A stretch of DNA of 32,000 nucleotides from Candidatus Lokiarchaeum ossiferum. Its GTDB lineage: Archaea > Asgardarchaeota > Lokiarchaeia > Sigyniarchaeales > Promethearchaeaceae. The notes under the pieces are model-generated. The model had not been told where the DNA came from. It made no database searches and worked only from the letters and a program-made list of their open reading frames with translations. The stretch covers positions 4,140,001-4,172,000 of the forward strand of contig CP104013.1 in assembly GCA_025839675.1 (NCBI GenBank). Direction: 5' to 3'. Numbering within the stretch: position 1 is the first letter of the stretch; every line of letters begins with the position of its first letter. The position numbers were made by a program, and so were the translations under genes. This document shows positions 31,358 to 32,000 of this stretch, piece after piece.

Positions 31358-32000
31358 TCAATTACCTGTCCCACAAAATGGACACATCTTCCATCCAGGT
31401 TGTAATTCTTTACCACAATTGCTGCAAGATCGTTTCAATCCTGTTCCACAATAGGGGCACATCATATAATCTGGAAGAATTTTTTTTCCACATGATTGAC
31501 AAGAAAGATCACTAATAATTGATGAACTTGTGGTTGATACACTTGGAGAAATTCCGCTTTTTTTTGCTTTTCTCTTAGCTTTCTGAACTACTCTATACTC
31601 TTCAAATAATTTTTCTCCATTTGTGGTCATTTTGATGCGTGGATTTGCTTTGTCATCAACCATCTCAAATAAATTGCAATAAACACCATAATTAACAAAT
31701 GAATCGATGATTTGTTTTCTGATTTCTTCTCGAACCTTGCCTAAAATAATATAAAATGCCTTCGCAATTTCATCCACCTTCATTGATTTTGATTCAGAAA
31801 CAATCGTCCGATAAATAATATCCCGATATGGATCTATGGTTAAAATATTCTTGGCGATAATTAATTGTCGTTCTCCTTTTGTTTCACTTAACCATTTTTC
31901 ACCTAAATCGTTGATACAATAAGTATCATCATCTTCTTTTTCTAATAGTTTGAGGATTTCACCACTATGTAATCCTTCATCCAAACTATTTTCCTCTAGC
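31358..32000 (-). CDS. Protein with C-terminal double zinc ribbon, N-terminus possibly beyond right window edge
   Basis: The C-terminus reads CQSC-x10-CPYC-x7-CSNC-x10-CPFC. The track start at 31984 is a TTG, and the frame stays open to the window edge (...LEENS upstream), so the true start may lie outside the window. Confidence 0.6.
   Translation of the reverse strand, partial: LEENSLDEGLHSGEILKLLEKEDDDTYCINDLGEKWLSETKGERQLIIAKNILTIDPYRDIIYRTIVSESKSMKVDEIAKAFYIILGKVREEIRKQIIDSFVNYGVYCNLFEMVDDKANPRIKMTTNGEKLFEEYRVVQKAKRKAKKSGISPSVSTTSSSIISDLSCQSCGKKILPDYMMCPYCGTGLKRSCSNCGKELQPGWKMCPFCGTGN

Noticed and set aside
1-32000. Looked for CRISPR arrays, tRNA/rRNA genes and G+C-rich structured-RNA islands
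   Set aside because: No regularly spaced direct repeats and no G+C-rich islands in noncoding DNA were seen. In a genome this AT-rich, tRNA and rRNA genes would stand out. A covariance-model scan would be the definitive check.

Overview
This is an AT-rich, gene-dense window of about 33 protein genes with no rRNA, tRNA or CRISPR array. All calls come from reading motifs in the supplied translations and the DNA; no searches were run. The gene content looks archaeal and most resembles an Asgard (Lokiarchaeia-type) chromosome. Archaeal redox modules (HdrC/HdrB-like, NfnA/NfnB- or SudAB-like) and oligo-T terminator tracts sit beside eukaryote-signature genes. These are a Rab-like small GTPase with no C-terminal prenylation Cys, a Urm1-type beta-grasp protein ending LHGG, and a 1313-aa STT3/AglB oligosaccharyltransferase with FDPWY, SVGEH, WWDYGY and DNGTWN motifs. 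There are also a long coiled-coil protein with a zinc ribbon and two possible roadblock/longin-like folds. Other content: a truncated triple-PAS sensor, a REC-HisKA-HATPase-REC hybrid kinase, and a NikR-family regulator with a His-rich insertion. Two tandem paralog pairs are present (a small helical protein and an SCP2 protein). The rest comprises a YhhN/TMEM86-type membrane protein, a GH57 enzyme next to an ADP-PFK/GK-like kinase, an FAD glycerol-3-phosphate dehydrogenase, a TPR protein, several uncharacterised membrane, wHTH and zinc-ribbon proteins, and one apparently complete IS element (21693..23172). That element has a DDE transposase, 20-bp imperfect inverted repeats and a 7-bp flanking direct repeat. 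The best candidates for something undescribed are: (i) the co-directional block nfnA-nfnB / Rab-like GTPase / double-zinc-module protein / hdrC-hdrB; (ii) the roughly 580-aa five-repeat beta-sandwich tail on the STT3 homolog; (iii) the putative roadblock/longin-like proteins, one of them membrane-anchored. All three are hypotheses that need profile searches, structure prediction and synteny checks.
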